From Paragordius varius (lineage: Eukaryota > Animalia > Nematomorpha), in the NCBI GenBank assembly GCA_964247055.1, contig OZ176050.1, forward strand, positions 10,168,001 to 10,232,000: a DNA stretch of 64,000 bases, read 5' to 3'. Both the position numbers and the translations under genes were made by a program. Position 1 is the first letter of the stretch, and every line of letters begins with the position of its first letter. Shown here one piece after another: positions 13,361 to 26,400 of this stretch. Below the pieces are notes generated by a model. That model did not search any database, was not told where the DNA came from, and saw only the letters and a program-made list of their open reading frames with translations.

Positions 13361-13529
13361 ACCCATTAAAATAAATCAAAGGCCCTCAAAAAATCATCTT
13401 GTTTCAAGGGCTGTGCCCCATTTAAAACTGATAAACATTTCATTGCTGTTTGACACATAGGCTGATATTTATACTCAAAATAAATAGATCAAAAAATTTG
13501 AGAAATAAATTAAGGCCATAAAAAAGCAC

Positions 13530-13572
13530 TTTCATGGTCAAATGCGGCCCGTGGGCCGTGGTTTGATTACCA
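13530..13572 (-). mobile_element. hAT (Charlie-like) MITE terminal remnant
   Basis: ATGCGGCCCGTGGGCCGTGGTTTGATTACCAC is the reverse complement of the GTGGTACTCAAACCGCG...GGGCC terminus at 60077. Confidence 0.55.
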
Positions 13573-13923
13573 CAATAAACTATATATTTTTCACCTATAA
13601 GAACGGTACAGTGTTCGCCTTCTGAAGAAACAAAAAAGTAATTTTGAATAACATTATTAAGGATGCTCCATTCAGTTGAAAAAAAACATGGGGCTAATAT
13701 ATAATAATACAAATTACTTTTATCTTAGCTCCAATTGTTTTAATAATGGCTAAAAAATTAAATTGTTTTTATCAAGGGCCCTCTACAATTATAAATTGTA
13801 TGTAAAAAGTTAATAACTGTTACACACTTTCATCTTAAATCATTTATGTACGATATTCTAAAAAAAAATTTCATTTAGAACGATCATCAGGATATTTTAT
13901 ATTTTTATTATTATTATTTGATA

Positions 13924-15586
13924 ATGTTTAAGAAGAAAAAGTCAGGTATTTATATATTTCAATTACATAATATCTTTTTTGTAAAATTTTATTTAATATA
14001 TTTCACCTAAATTTTTTAATTAACAACCAAGCTTTAAAAGCGTATAATTTTAAGATTAGATTTTAAATTTTCGACTTTTTTGGCAATCTTTCTTGACAAT
14101 ATAAAGATTCGACTTATTACTCATGATTAAAAGATTTCGACAAATTTATTTTTCTTTGAATTTAGGTGATACCCAATGTTTAGCTATTACATCTATAAGT
14201 GAAAACAATATTATTAATGATTATTCCGTTAAAAAATCCGAAAATAATCCATTGAAAGATATAAATCAGAACATGGTGATGACTACCTTATTAAACAATG
14301 ATGCAGCACAATTATTTACCATAAAATCGAAAGAACATAGCAAAGTTAAAGATCAACAGGCAGCACTGGAAAAGGATTTAAATGGGCTACTCTCAATCCT
14401 TAATAAAAATCAAGATGATATCACATACTGGATGACAAAAAAAGATGAAATGTTAAAGGTAAAATGCTAAAATTAGTGGTTTAAATGGACCTTAAAACTT
14501 GATTTCATATTTATTTGGTGTTGGAAATACAAAATTTCCATAAAAAACATTTTTTACAAATTGGAAATGTAATAGCTTGTATTATTTTAAATAAAGATGC
14601 CAAAAAAATTTGCGCGCGCGATATTTCAACAATAAAAAATCAGGGAAAACGGGCTATTTATTTATATTAAAATAGTACAGAATAATTTTATAACGATATC
14701 GAGTTCACATATATAACATGGTTCATAAAATTATCAGCCAAAAAGAATTTGTTGAATTGTAAAGTTTTTAAAGCGGAATTATAAAATAATTAGTCAAAAA
14801 ATTTAAAAGTTTTGACAAAAAGGGCTAAAAAAGACTTGAAACTTAAAAATAATCAGCACTCAATAAAGATTAAAAATAATATGTCTTAATGTAATTTAGA
14901 AAAAGAATGAATTGACAACTCTGTTAAAAACTGAGAAAGATGAACTAGACTCCCTGATGGAGCAAAATAAGGCGCTAAAACTATCAAATTTACAGTGGTG
15001 GACAAATTTTAACAGTGAAAAGGAAAGTATACAATATTACACAAATTTAATAAACGATAAAGCCACAATCATTGACAATTTGGAAATCGAGATTGATAGA
15101 CAAAAAACTTTGCTGGAGGAAAAATCCAAAGCTAATAACATAGATAAATGTAATGATAATGGCATCAATAGCGTTAATTCATTTAACCGTGTAAATCTTA
15201 AAGAACATTTACTTTCCAACACATTGGGTTCGGAATTGTCACATGAGGATTCGCTTGAAAACAGTAGTGTATCGGGAGATGCAACCCATTCTTCGGATAT
15301 TAAACTTCAATTATCTGTAAATAATTTTCTTCCAAGTAATAGTCCTGGTGCAAAAAATTTGTCTGAAGCAGATAACTCTACATCTGAAGAGTCTCTGGAT
15401 TTTAGTTCGCCCAAATTAATGCTTAATTCGGTTCATCAACCTAAAAATACATATAATTTCCCTGGCGGGCCAAAAATTAAAAAGAAAGGCTTAAGCAAAT
15501 CATTCAAATTTTTAAAAATTAGTAAACTATTTCACAAATCGCATGATGCCAAAAATAAGAGATTAAATATAAGCAATCTTGTTTAG
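13924..15586 (+). CDS. Uncharacterised coiled-coil protein, 3 exons, 333 aa
   Basis: Exons 13924-13945, 14166-14458 and 14900-15586 join through GT-AG sites in consistent phase (1002 nt). The middle is heptad-rich (LEKDLNGLLSIL, LKTEKDELDSLMEQNKAL), followed by a Ser-rich tail and a basic C-terminus. No family recognised. Confidence 0.75.
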
Positions 15587-16213
15587 CCAATAAATATATG
15601 ATATTTTTTGTTAATTTATTTAACTAAGCATATTTATAATCAATGACTCTTAGGGATGTTATGTGACTAATAATTAATTCATAATTCGACTATCCCTTCC
15701 GGAAAATAAAAACAATATGATTTAAAATATCTTTATGGTTAACGTCTAACTATTTTGAGCTGTAGTTTATTAAAGAGAATGTTAATAAAAAATTAATTAT
15801 CATGCATAAAATATTTTCTTTTATGCGCTGATATACGCATTTATAAATGATTAATAATAATAAAGTATCACATGAAATGTTTATAAATGATAAATCTTGT
15901 GATTTATTGATATGATAATTGATTGATTTAAAATGTGAGTTTGTTTTGATTCCTTACCAAATTAAAACTAAAATGAAATATTTGCATTCAAATCGTTTGT
16001 CACTCGGATACAAAGGTAAAATTTTAAAAACTGTTTTCAAAAATATGCGGGATTAAAACGTTGAACAGTTACTACTAAATTTTATATTTATGAGTTAGAA
16101 ATGGAATTATGTATTAAGAGCTACGCTTAAACTAATTTAATCGTAACTTTTTCTTAGAACATTTTATCAATGTGTGCATTCAGACAGATGACTCTTCACC
16201 TGTAAATGGGTAC

Positions 16214-16683
16214 TAGGGTTGTGCATTTGACTGCTTTTTCTAAAAAGTCCGGTCAGACCCGGTCAGACCGTGGTCACACTTTACCTAGGTAAATACCACT
16301 GAATTTTCAAATACCTCGCTTTTACTGGATAATTCAAATAAAATTTTTCCTCTTTCTTTTACACTTTCTTTGATCATTGAAATATCCAATTATAAAATGT
16401 TTTTTCATTTTATTAGTTCACATATATGGAATAATTGAATATTTTATAAAAAGTTGGATTGTTTTTTTTTCGAAATAACTGGATATGCTTAAATGCTAAT
16501 GTTTTAAGGATGCATGTTTAACATTTTAAATTTTTAAATAAGCAAATTTAAATATTTATATATATTTTTTATAATATATTAAAAAATAAATTACTATTTT
16601 TCTTCCAAAAAAATTACCAGCAATTTTTCAAAAAACAGCTGAAATTACCATGGTTAAAAAATAAATAGTCACTGACCTGGTCA
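16214..16683 (+). mobile_element. hAT MITE, 3'-truncated copy of the 30108-30829 family
   Basis: Starts TAGGGTTGTGCATTT...CCGGTCAGACCC and is colinear with 30108 onward; the right TIR is absent. Confidence 0.75.
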
Positions 16684-17836
16684 TAATGGGTACAGACTAA
16701 ATTACTTAACATATATTTCTCAATTTGTATTTTCAAACCTTATTGCTATGTTTTAAAAATAATTATTGTGAAACTGTAAGAATTATTTTAAGATTTAAAT
16801 TAATTTTAACCCCAATTATCTCATTATCGTACGGTTAAATCTCTTCTCTCCTCCTCAACATACTTCTACTAATTAATGTAAAAAAATTAATCTTTAAATT
16901 AAAACATTAATATTATATCAAATAATTATCCTAACGAATGTAGATTATGAATACGAAATAACTAGGATCGTTAGAGAAAACAATTCATTAGAAGCGTTTA
17001 GATTTATCCAGTTTTACAGAATTGGTTAAAATTAAAAAATGCAATAATATCAAAATATTCTATTTGCACTTCAAGTTCCTTTACCATTTCATAGTCTTGG
17101 TTATTGAAAATTTGCTTGTATTAGGCATTTAATGTTTTTTTTAACTCACCCATGACTATGATTCGAAATAATATTCCATTAAAATACATAAAAAACTTTT
17201 TCGCATTCTACATATATAACATTTTTTTAATCAAATATTATTTAGGACATGGCGATTGAGCAGTTACAGAACCAATTAATTTGCAATTTGAGCTTTACAC
17301 CTATATTTTCCTCCATATTTTTAAATTACAAGATTTTGTAATTTTTGTAAGTTTTCAATGACATGGCTTAAAATTTTGGTATCGTAACTTTTGAACCATA
17401 GATAGACTAAATAATTTACATGGCTATTAAGTCATTGAACTTAATATATTCTAAGATTAATTGACAAATTATAAGTTAAAATCCACTTATTCTGTCAAGA
17501 AATATTATTGTTAGAGATATTAGCAATATGTTGAAGGAAAAGTTTTTAAAGAGGTTTTAAAATTAACCAAATATCTATATTAATAATATTAGGGGAATCA
17601 GATAAATTGGCAATATGTAATTGTCTAATTACTAATTTTAAAATAATGAAATGCCAAAAGATGTCCTTAGGGGTAACTTTTATAATAATACAATCTATTT
17701 TTCTAAAAACGATGTTTGTTGGCATTCAATTTTAATAAATACATCTGAATCCCAAAATTTTATAAAAAAAACAATCCCTATAAAAAGAAAAAAATCGCAA
17801 TGCACGATAATAAAAACATAAATTTTATTTAAAATA

Positions 17837-18854
17837 CTAGCGTAAATCTCGTGCTGCTACGCAGCCCGAGGAAGTCCTTCAGACTTCTGGGGGGGGGGGG
17901 GGGGGTTATTTGAAAGGGACAATAAATTGATCTACATATGTGGATTATTTCGAAACATTATTTAATAGCTATGATATCATAGTAAAACGGTGTATTCATA
18001 CTAATTTATTGTTTACTTGGGGGAAAAATAGATTTAAAAAATTATTTTTGTGGACTTTGTTTTTTGAAAAAATGGCATTTTACAGGGGGAGCGGGTAAAA
18101 GAGGGCCTAAATCAAAAAAGTGACTCGACTATGTTCAGCGCGATCAAAAAAGTAAACAAAAATCATATTTGAAATTGAATGGTCCAACACGTTTCCAAAA
18201 AAATTACTTAACCCATTTTTCACACGGGGTGGGCCCGAACTGGGTGCCTAATTCCAAAAAAGGGCGAAGCTATTGTCGGGGTATTCATTAATGATTATAT
18301 TTTTTTGATGTTTGGATTTGAATAGGTCTACCGGTTTTCCGGAAACAGATCACAAAGTTACATGAGGAATCGGTTTTTAGCGGGTAGCTCCTTACCCAGC
18401 AGCTATCATCAAAGAAACGCCTGACTAAAGTTTTTGCCTTTTAACAGGGAATACGTGGAATCCATATTGAATTTTTACGCTCTCATACCTTAGTCGAAAA
18501 ATCGATTTAAAAAATTATTTTTGTGGACTTTGTTTTTTGAAAAAAATGGCATTTTACGGGGGGAGCGGGTAAAAAGAAGGCCTAAATCAAAAAAGTGACT
18601 CGACTATGTTTGGCGCAATCGAAAATAACTAAATAAAAATCATATTTGAAATTGAATGGTCCAACACGTTCTCCGGAAAATTGTTTTAAAGACACGTTTC
18701 CCGAACTGGGGGCCTATTTCAAAAAACGGGCGAAGCTATTGTCGGGGCATTCATTAATGATTATATTTTTTCGATGTTTGGATTTGAATGGGTCTACCGG
18801 TTTTCCGGTACCAGATCACAAAGCCAGCATTTTCCATTTTTATAAATATATAGA
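17837..18854 (-). mobile_element. Non-autonomous Helitron
   Basis: On the minus strand: 5' A|TCTATATATTTATAAAAATGG, 3' hairpin GCTGCGTAGCAGC and terminal CTAG|T. It contains two internal tandem units of about 480 bp. Confidence 0.85.
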
Positions 18855-18953
18855 TTAAAAAAGAGTTTGCAATTAAGGTATTATATTTTCAAATGCCGAT
18901 TTTGTTCGAGATTTTAACCTTAAAATATTATTTATTAATTCGGCTACTTATGT

Positions 18954-19375
18954 TTAGTTTTCAAATTCTGTTTTATTTAATTCAATAGTTAAATTTTTAT
19001 CATCGTGAGCCGCATGGTTTTTATTAAATAAATCTTATATGATGGTAAATATATTAAAATATTTTAAGAAAACTTTGCAAACAATTAATATTGATTTTTA
19101 TATTTTCGATATTACCATCATGTTTTCCCACTAATTCAATCATGGATGAATATTGAGAAATGGTCAATTTATCAAAATTTTCTAATAAATTTTCACAATA
19201 GTGTTGGCCAACTTTTTGTTTTGGCTAAATATGAAAAGATTGACATACTTTGTAAAAAACTCTAAATCTAATATCATTGGTTAACTTAATTTTATTCTTA
19301 CAATTCAACGATTGAGCGTGTGAGCGCTGATATTTGAAATATTAGGGAAAGGGTTTTCCTAGTTCCGTTTTTCAT
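18954..19375 (-). CDS. Candidate small multi-exon gene of unknown function (about 90 aa)
   Basis: Phase-consistent GT-AG joins give MKNGTRKTLSLIFQISALTRSIVEL/FRVFYK/PKQKVGQHYCENLLENFDKLTISQYSSMIELVGKHD/DLFNKNH...FEN*. The model includes a 24-nt intron. No homology recognised. Confidence 0.3.
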
Positions 19376-19424
19376 AAGAAAAACAATAAAATTATTATCA
19401 TGAAATAGATAATCATGCTTATAA

Positions 19425-20014
19425 TTAACACTTGGATACAACCCACTCATTTTAGTCCTTCGATTCAAATTGGGGTAGTTGGATACCCCAGGCCTGTTTA
19501 AAATTAAATTCTTTAAAAAATATAGAAGGAATCGAAACCATGGCAAAATTTTGCACTTATCTAACATTAATCAACCGAAAAATATAAAAAATTTTATTCA
19601 AAAATACTTGATATTATTTATTTTAAGCTAAAACCGAAAGCTTAAAATTTCGTCAACGTGACATGTGTCAAATTGTAAAATTGAAAATTTATACAAACTA
19701 AACCGCTTTTTCTATTTCTATCAATGTTAGATGTAATTTATATAAAAAATTAGCTTTAGTTTTACCCTTAAAATTAAATAAAGACGATATTTTGCAAAAA
19801 TTTTGTAAAATAAAAATGGCGTCGAAGTAGTTTGAGATGGAGCTTTTTGTTCAAAACAAAATTTTATCAAGATGTTTCGGCATATTTATATAATATTTAT
19901 CAGGATAGAAGCATAAATTTAAATTGGGATTGTTTCCTTCAGTAGTTTTTTAAAAATATTAATTTAAATTTAGTCTGGGGTATTTAGATACCCCAATTTG
20001 AATCGAAGTGTTAA
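19425..20014 (-). mobile_element. TTAA-flanked MITE (piggyBac-like ends), copy 2
   Basis: TTAACACTT...AAGTGTTAA; reverse complement of 1701-2269. Confidence 0.78.
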
Positions 20015-20028
20015 CGAAAGAAAATCTC

Positions 20029-20520
20029 TTAAAGGGGAACTAATCGAAAATGCCGGGATTGCGCGATAAAAATTTTAAATATATGCTAAATTTTGATGTT
20101 AATATTTTTTAAAAATTTATACGTTTCTCAAAATTTTGACGCAATTTACACAATTTTGAGTTAGAATCGAAACTCTTTAAAACCGCTTTAGGGAATTATA
20201 AAAACATTTTTCTATATAATTCGATGATGCTGCTGTCGCTTAAATTTTATATAAATGTTTGTTTGCTTATAATTTGGTGAATTGTAAAAAACACAATATT
20301 TATTTAATGTATTATAATTTAACTTTTGAAGTGATAGAAATGTTCATTTTTAGAATGAAGCCTCTCAATTTCTCAAAAAAATTATTTTAAAAAAATTGGG
20401 CAAATTTTGCCATTTTCTGATATGGGGCACTTTCAACTATAGTAGAAAAATTTTCTTAAATCACTTGTAAGGCCTAAAACCAAAACCAAAAGCACCATGA
20501 TAATCCTAATATAATTTTCT
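20029..20520. mobile_element. Dispersed repeat beginning TTAA-AGGGGAAC (possibly Kolobok-like MITE)
   Basis: The block GCCATTTTCTGATATGGGGCAC...CCAAAAGCACCATGATAATCC recurs, mostly reversed, at about 50230-50275, 51335-51425, 55690-55900 and 58880-58935. The superfamily guess rests only on the TTAA-AG end. Confidence 0.5.
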
Positions 20521-21255
20521 ATGAGAATATATATTTTATTTTTTATACCCCCGGTTTTGGGTGAAGTTATATAAAACTCTGAAATCTGAATCAGATAAAA
20601 GTTTAAGATATAAAATACGACACATGTATTAAAAAGTTCCTACTTACTACGGCCAAAGACATAAATTTGCATAGTACTTCTATTGTGAAGTCATATTTTA
20701 TTTGTCTCATAGATCATATAGTAAAACAGCAATTAATGGAGAGAAAGTATTTTCAAGGCCCATTATAAGATAAAAAATTGAAAAATAGTAAAATAGTTAA
20801 AATTTTATCCACATATTCCCCATATTTTTTACAATGTTATACGAAGAATATGGTTAAAAAGTTAATATGTTGATTCCGAATGATAGCAAATTTTAGATAC
20901 ATTCTCTAAAGTTAAGCACTTTCTGTCAGGTGTATTCTACAGGAACTGATTTTATAGTAATATATATTTTATAGTTATGCTTTAAGTAGTTAAAATATTA
21001 TTAACATATAAAGTTTGTTTTAATTATAAAAAAACCCAATATAAATCCCTCCGTCATAGGTATGAGATGTTAAATAAAATTAAAAAGGTAAATCAATTTC
21101 GGATTTTAGGAATAAATTTTAAGATAATATTATCATTGAAAAAGATTAAATTTTAAAATTTTCCCGTCTATGTTTACCATTTTCCCAAACATTACACATG
21201 AAACCAACGCATAAGTTTTAAACAGTTGTCTTAACATATGTTCATCGCAGAGAGC

Positions 21256-23373
21256 ATGGAAAATCCAATCTTATCCTTGGGTTCTAAATATTTTTTATCC
21301 TTTTTTAGATGACAAAAAATTGGACAAACTTTTGCATTATATTTTGCATGGAAAAGTTTCTATAACTCACAGGTATTTACACTTAATAACATGATAGCGA
21401 ACCATATAATCTTCAAAACATTGAAAATCATATAAATAATTTTATTGAAAATAACTCTGAGTATTCATTACCTGCACAACCCAAAGGTATTATTTATATA
21501 ACGCTAGACACACCGGGTAGACTTGGCGGAAAAAATGTTGTTTTAGATGCATCCACTAATGTTGGAATTTTCATAGTGGAGGAAGATCGTTTAGGGGTTA
21601 ATTTATTATTTATGTTGAAGGTTTCTAGTCAAGCCAATTTTAGCACTGTTAGAGCAAATTGTTGCGTTTTTAAAGGTATAATAGTGTAACTATATTGTTT
21701 TTAACACCATTTATGTCAATTACAAATCTTAAATATCAATGGTGATTATGTGCGGATTTTTAATTTATTTTTTCGGTAATCACAGGTAAGTGGATTTATG
21801 AAGTCATGCTTTCAACTAAGGGTGTCATGCAAATCGGCTGGAGCACTAAAAATTGTCATTTTTCTCATGAGGTTTATATTTTTTTTGATCATCAGGTTAA
21901 TGTATTTATAGGATTCAAAATTCATTTTAGCTGACTATTAAATTTGACCATAAGATTAATATTTTTTTAAATATTATGCGTTACGCATATTTAAATAATG
22001 CTAAAAATTCTTTTTATATAAAATGATACTCTTTTGTCATATATGGACTTTTCGAGAGTAATTTTTTTATATTTTTATTTTTCATAAAACTTAATTTTGT
22101 TACTTAAAATACCCTTGTAAAGTAGGGATAAAATGGCAAAATTGATAAGTCGTATTTCTTTTAACACTCCAGTACCTGGTAATTTTTCACGGAGAATAAA
22201 TTTTTGGATAAATATATCTCTAAGGCTTATAAAAAATGTTTTTAATTAAAATATGAATAGCAAACATTAAATTTAAAAATTACATACTATAATTTCTAAT
22301 GTCTAAAATTTAGAACACACTAAAATTCAGTTGAAACAAACAGCTGATTTTAAAATTTTAATATTATTTTAAACAGGGTGTTATAATTAGCTTTTTTAGT
22401 ACTTTAATTATATTTTTTAACCAAAAACATTTTCATCTGCATGTTTTTTAGCAATTTAAAAATATTCAAATTTTGGCGGATAAAAATTCTTTATCATTTT
22501 TTTTTTAAAAAATATATTGTAACTTCAAAAGGCCATAGATTGCATATTTTTAAAGTTAACCCATATCATAGATACTTAATTAATTTTCTACAAATCGCTC
22601 TAGATAAGAATATACCAAAAAATTAAAAAATGTATTTAGTTTTTTCATACAATAATCAACTTATAGCAAGGTGTAGGTGATACCCCAGATTCTTATGCAT
22701 ATGACGGGAACAGAGTTAGGAAATGGAATGTTAGTACTGGCAAGTATGGAGAGGCTTGGAGGATAGGAGATATCATAAGTTGTGCTATCGATATGGATAA
22801 TGGAATTATATCTTTTTATCGGTAAGATTTATATAATACTGTGTGTGTATAACTAATTTTTAAATTGGTTTGGATTGTACAATTGAAAAAAACAGATTGT
22901 TTAATAAAAAAAGATGCATAGGTTAATTTATACCACACATTACAGAATCTTTAATAGTCCTCCCTTTCCTCATAAAGAATCTGATTGTGGAAAAAATATA
23001 TGCATTATCTGCATCATGACCCTGTTTATAAAAATATTTAAATATTCTGTTTAAAATTTAATGGGTATTATTAGATAATATATAATAATAATAATAATCC
23101 ACGGTATTTGCAAATGAAAAAAAATATTATATTTTGTCTCATTAGGGAGATCAATATTACTCACAAGTAGGTTTGTGGAGAGGTGTGTTTAACTTACGAT
23201 AATAATTTAAAAAATTAGGACCTTTGAAAATTGGAAAAATTCACAATCATCCATGAGCTAATTAGTTAGTAGACGCTGTTTTTTGATAACCCATAATGAG
23301 GGAGGATTTTAAAGGGGAATGGGGCACTATTTTACATGGCAAATTATTATGATTCACTCTAGTTTTTTTAAAA

Positions 23374-23412
<39 letters not shown>

Positions 23413-26400
23413 CTAAAGACAAAATATCTTTTAGTTACCATTTTTAACTAAATATTATTCAAATAAATAACTGATTTTTGACCATTTGTTTTTCTTTTTA
23501 ACATGATTATTTACTAATTGCACCTCTTACTCATATTTTAAAAATATTTACCTGTATCATACAAAATAATCTTTTTTTATTAAAGAGTAAAATTGCATTT
23601 AAGACAATAAGCTTTAACACTTGCCTTGATAATTTTCTACCAGGCTAATAATTTTTTATAGAGATCGTCATATTTCTTCACTTCAATATAAGTAAATTAT
23701 ATTGTTTTTAAGTTTTGCAAAATAAAGAAGAGGTAAATTGGTAACCAGTTATATATTTTACTATCCTGATCATATGGAAAAAATAAAAAAAATATTGTTT
23801 TGTCTATAAATATTTTTTAGTTTTTACTGACATTATAGTTTATTTTTTTACTGTAATATTATCGCAAATATACAAAAAGTATATTAACTCCTTATGTTTA
23901 GAAACGGTCGATATCTGGGTGAAGCTTTCAATGATATAAAAATGGGTTATGGTATAGCATACTTCCCAACCATTAGTCTCTCCCTTCACGAAGGTGTTAG
24001 ACTCAATTTTGGAGCAACACCCCTATTATATCCTTTCAAAATTTAATTTATGTTTTTTTGTTGTTTTTTTTTCCAAAAAAATTGTTTAGAATATTTCCTT
24101 AACATGGTTATATTAAATTTATACGCATCCGGTTGATGGATATAAGCCCTTACAAGATTCCCCGCTCACGGATTTAGTAAAAACCAAAATTATTTTTGCA
24201 TGCTTACAACGGATAGTTGATATCTTTGTGAGATATGAAACGGTAACCAAAATTTTTATAACTAAAAAAAAATATTTGAGTTTTAACCGAAAAAATATTA
24301 ATTTTTTATATGGATCTAAAATATTTTCGCATTATTTAGGTTTCAGAGAAAATGGATATCGATGCTGATGTAGAAAAATCTGCGATAGATAAAACTTGCG
24401 GCTTATTAGAAGATTATTCGTTAAATGATGTCCCTTATTTAGATAGCATGTCTCAAAAAGCGTTGCTCTTTCTTTTGGCTGGGATGTTTTATGACAAACT
24501 CCTTAAATATTTGGTAATTTACTTTACCTTTTGTTTTATTAATATCTATAGTAGAAATATTAGAGTAACTTAGATAATTTATAGTGTTGGTTTATTTAAC
24601 ATATCACTAATATTTACATATTTTCTTACATAGAATAATGGATACATTATTGAAACTTGCTTTTTCAAACTCCTTCGGACATACTGTGACAATGAGATGT
24701 TTATTAATCGTTTTCTCGATATATTTTGGGCCTTTGTTGGGGACAATGCAATGCTCATAAAAAATATCATGAGCTCTTTAGTCAATTCCCTTTTAATCCA
24801 TTATCGATTCAGCCCGCTTGAATTGGATTTTCAAAATCAAGTTTATTTTATATAATGTATTGTTATTTTATTATTTTTTTTAAAGATAATAACTTAGCAT
24901 TATTTACGATATTATTTGGTAAAAATACAATAAATTTTCTACATACTAAGTGTGTATTTTTTTATGTTAAAGTCATGTGTAATTCCTTGTTAAAATAAAA
25001 GATGTCGTTATTTTTTCTATCCAAACTCAAAATGTAAAGATTTAAATATTTCTCGAATGAATTGTGTTAAAAATAATATTTTTATTTTTATATATTTTTG
25101 TTATAACCATCTAATCAATTTATATATATATATATATATATATATTATTAGAAAACATACCTTCAACTACTAACACTATTGCTTAAGCACGAACCAACAA
25201 GAAAATATGTTCTACAACACATATTATATCCTTTTTATGTCGCATTGTGTTTATCTATTTGTTTTTGCGGACATAATTGAATCAATCAGGACGGTTACGG
25301 TTCCACATTTTTCAAAAAAAATGATTTTGATTCAAATAATGTTGGTTTATATTTCGCAAAATTGTTCCGGCTTTTTTTTGTTAAAAAATTGTTTATATGA
25401 ATTCAATCCATATAGTTAAATGTAGATATTTATTTTTATTTTTAAAACAGGAATATAGCCATATAAAAATTTTTTAAACAGAAAACTTTTTTATGTTATT
25501 AATTACAATCTAACCTTTATTTACCAAATAAAATTAAAAACAATACTATAAAATAGGGTGGAATATGTGTCAAAAACCAAATAAAAGAATTAATCCTATT
25601 TTTAGAAAAATTTGGAACCACGATTTCAAAAAAATTATTTTGATTACAAACAACGATTCCGTTTCGTATTGCTGTGTAGAACCTGTGTAAAGTTTTAGCT
25701 GACTCACTTTGATTTCATTTAACAGAATGCTTAATTTTATATTGTTAATATTGCATAATTATATCATTATTTTCGACCTTAACTCCTTTGATAAATTCTC
25801 TCTGTATTTACGTTTGACAAAACAAAGTTACCCTTGTTTATGCACTTGAAATCACCTGATTTTACCATGCTGGAAAAATTTATGCCACGCCCTTATCTCA
25901 ATGTAGATGCTCTTTACAAATTGGCAGCTAAGAATATGACCCCGGCTAAAAATAGCACGCAAATTAACGAAAATATAGAGAAGTAAAAACCAAAATTGTA
26001 TTACTTAATATATATAATTGTTGTAATTGTTGAATTTTAAAAAAAATATATAAAGATTATTTGATAAATCTCGTTTATTAATTTTTTTCTTTTCGATTCT
26101 GATCATGCTTTAATAATAATTTTGGATTAAATTAGTCATGCATATATGTTAATAAAGTCACAAAACAAAAATAATTCATCATTTAAACAAAGGTGGTTTA
26201 TGAGTTAAAATATTTTGTAAATTCCAACCTATATTCAATATATTTTTTATCATTTTTATATTTTACAGGGATCCTCAAGCCTCTACATCAAAAACTAATA
26301 TAGATAAAGTAAATATTTAATAATGATATTATTTCAAATATATTGAAAAAACAATTTTAATTTAATATATTTGTCTTTGCAGAGTGACGTAGATAAAAGT

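Noticed and set aside
15037-15222. Antisense ORFs overlapping real exons (also 24579-24785, 34594-34893, 60288-60482)
   Set aside because: These are shadow frames of coding exons on the opposite strand.
18646-18858. ORF MKLNGPTRSPENC..., echoed by ORFs at 48034-48498, 46057-46245 and 42466-42651
   Set aside because: All lie within copies of the same non-autonomous Helitron; the similarity reflects the repeat, with no Rep/helicase motifs.
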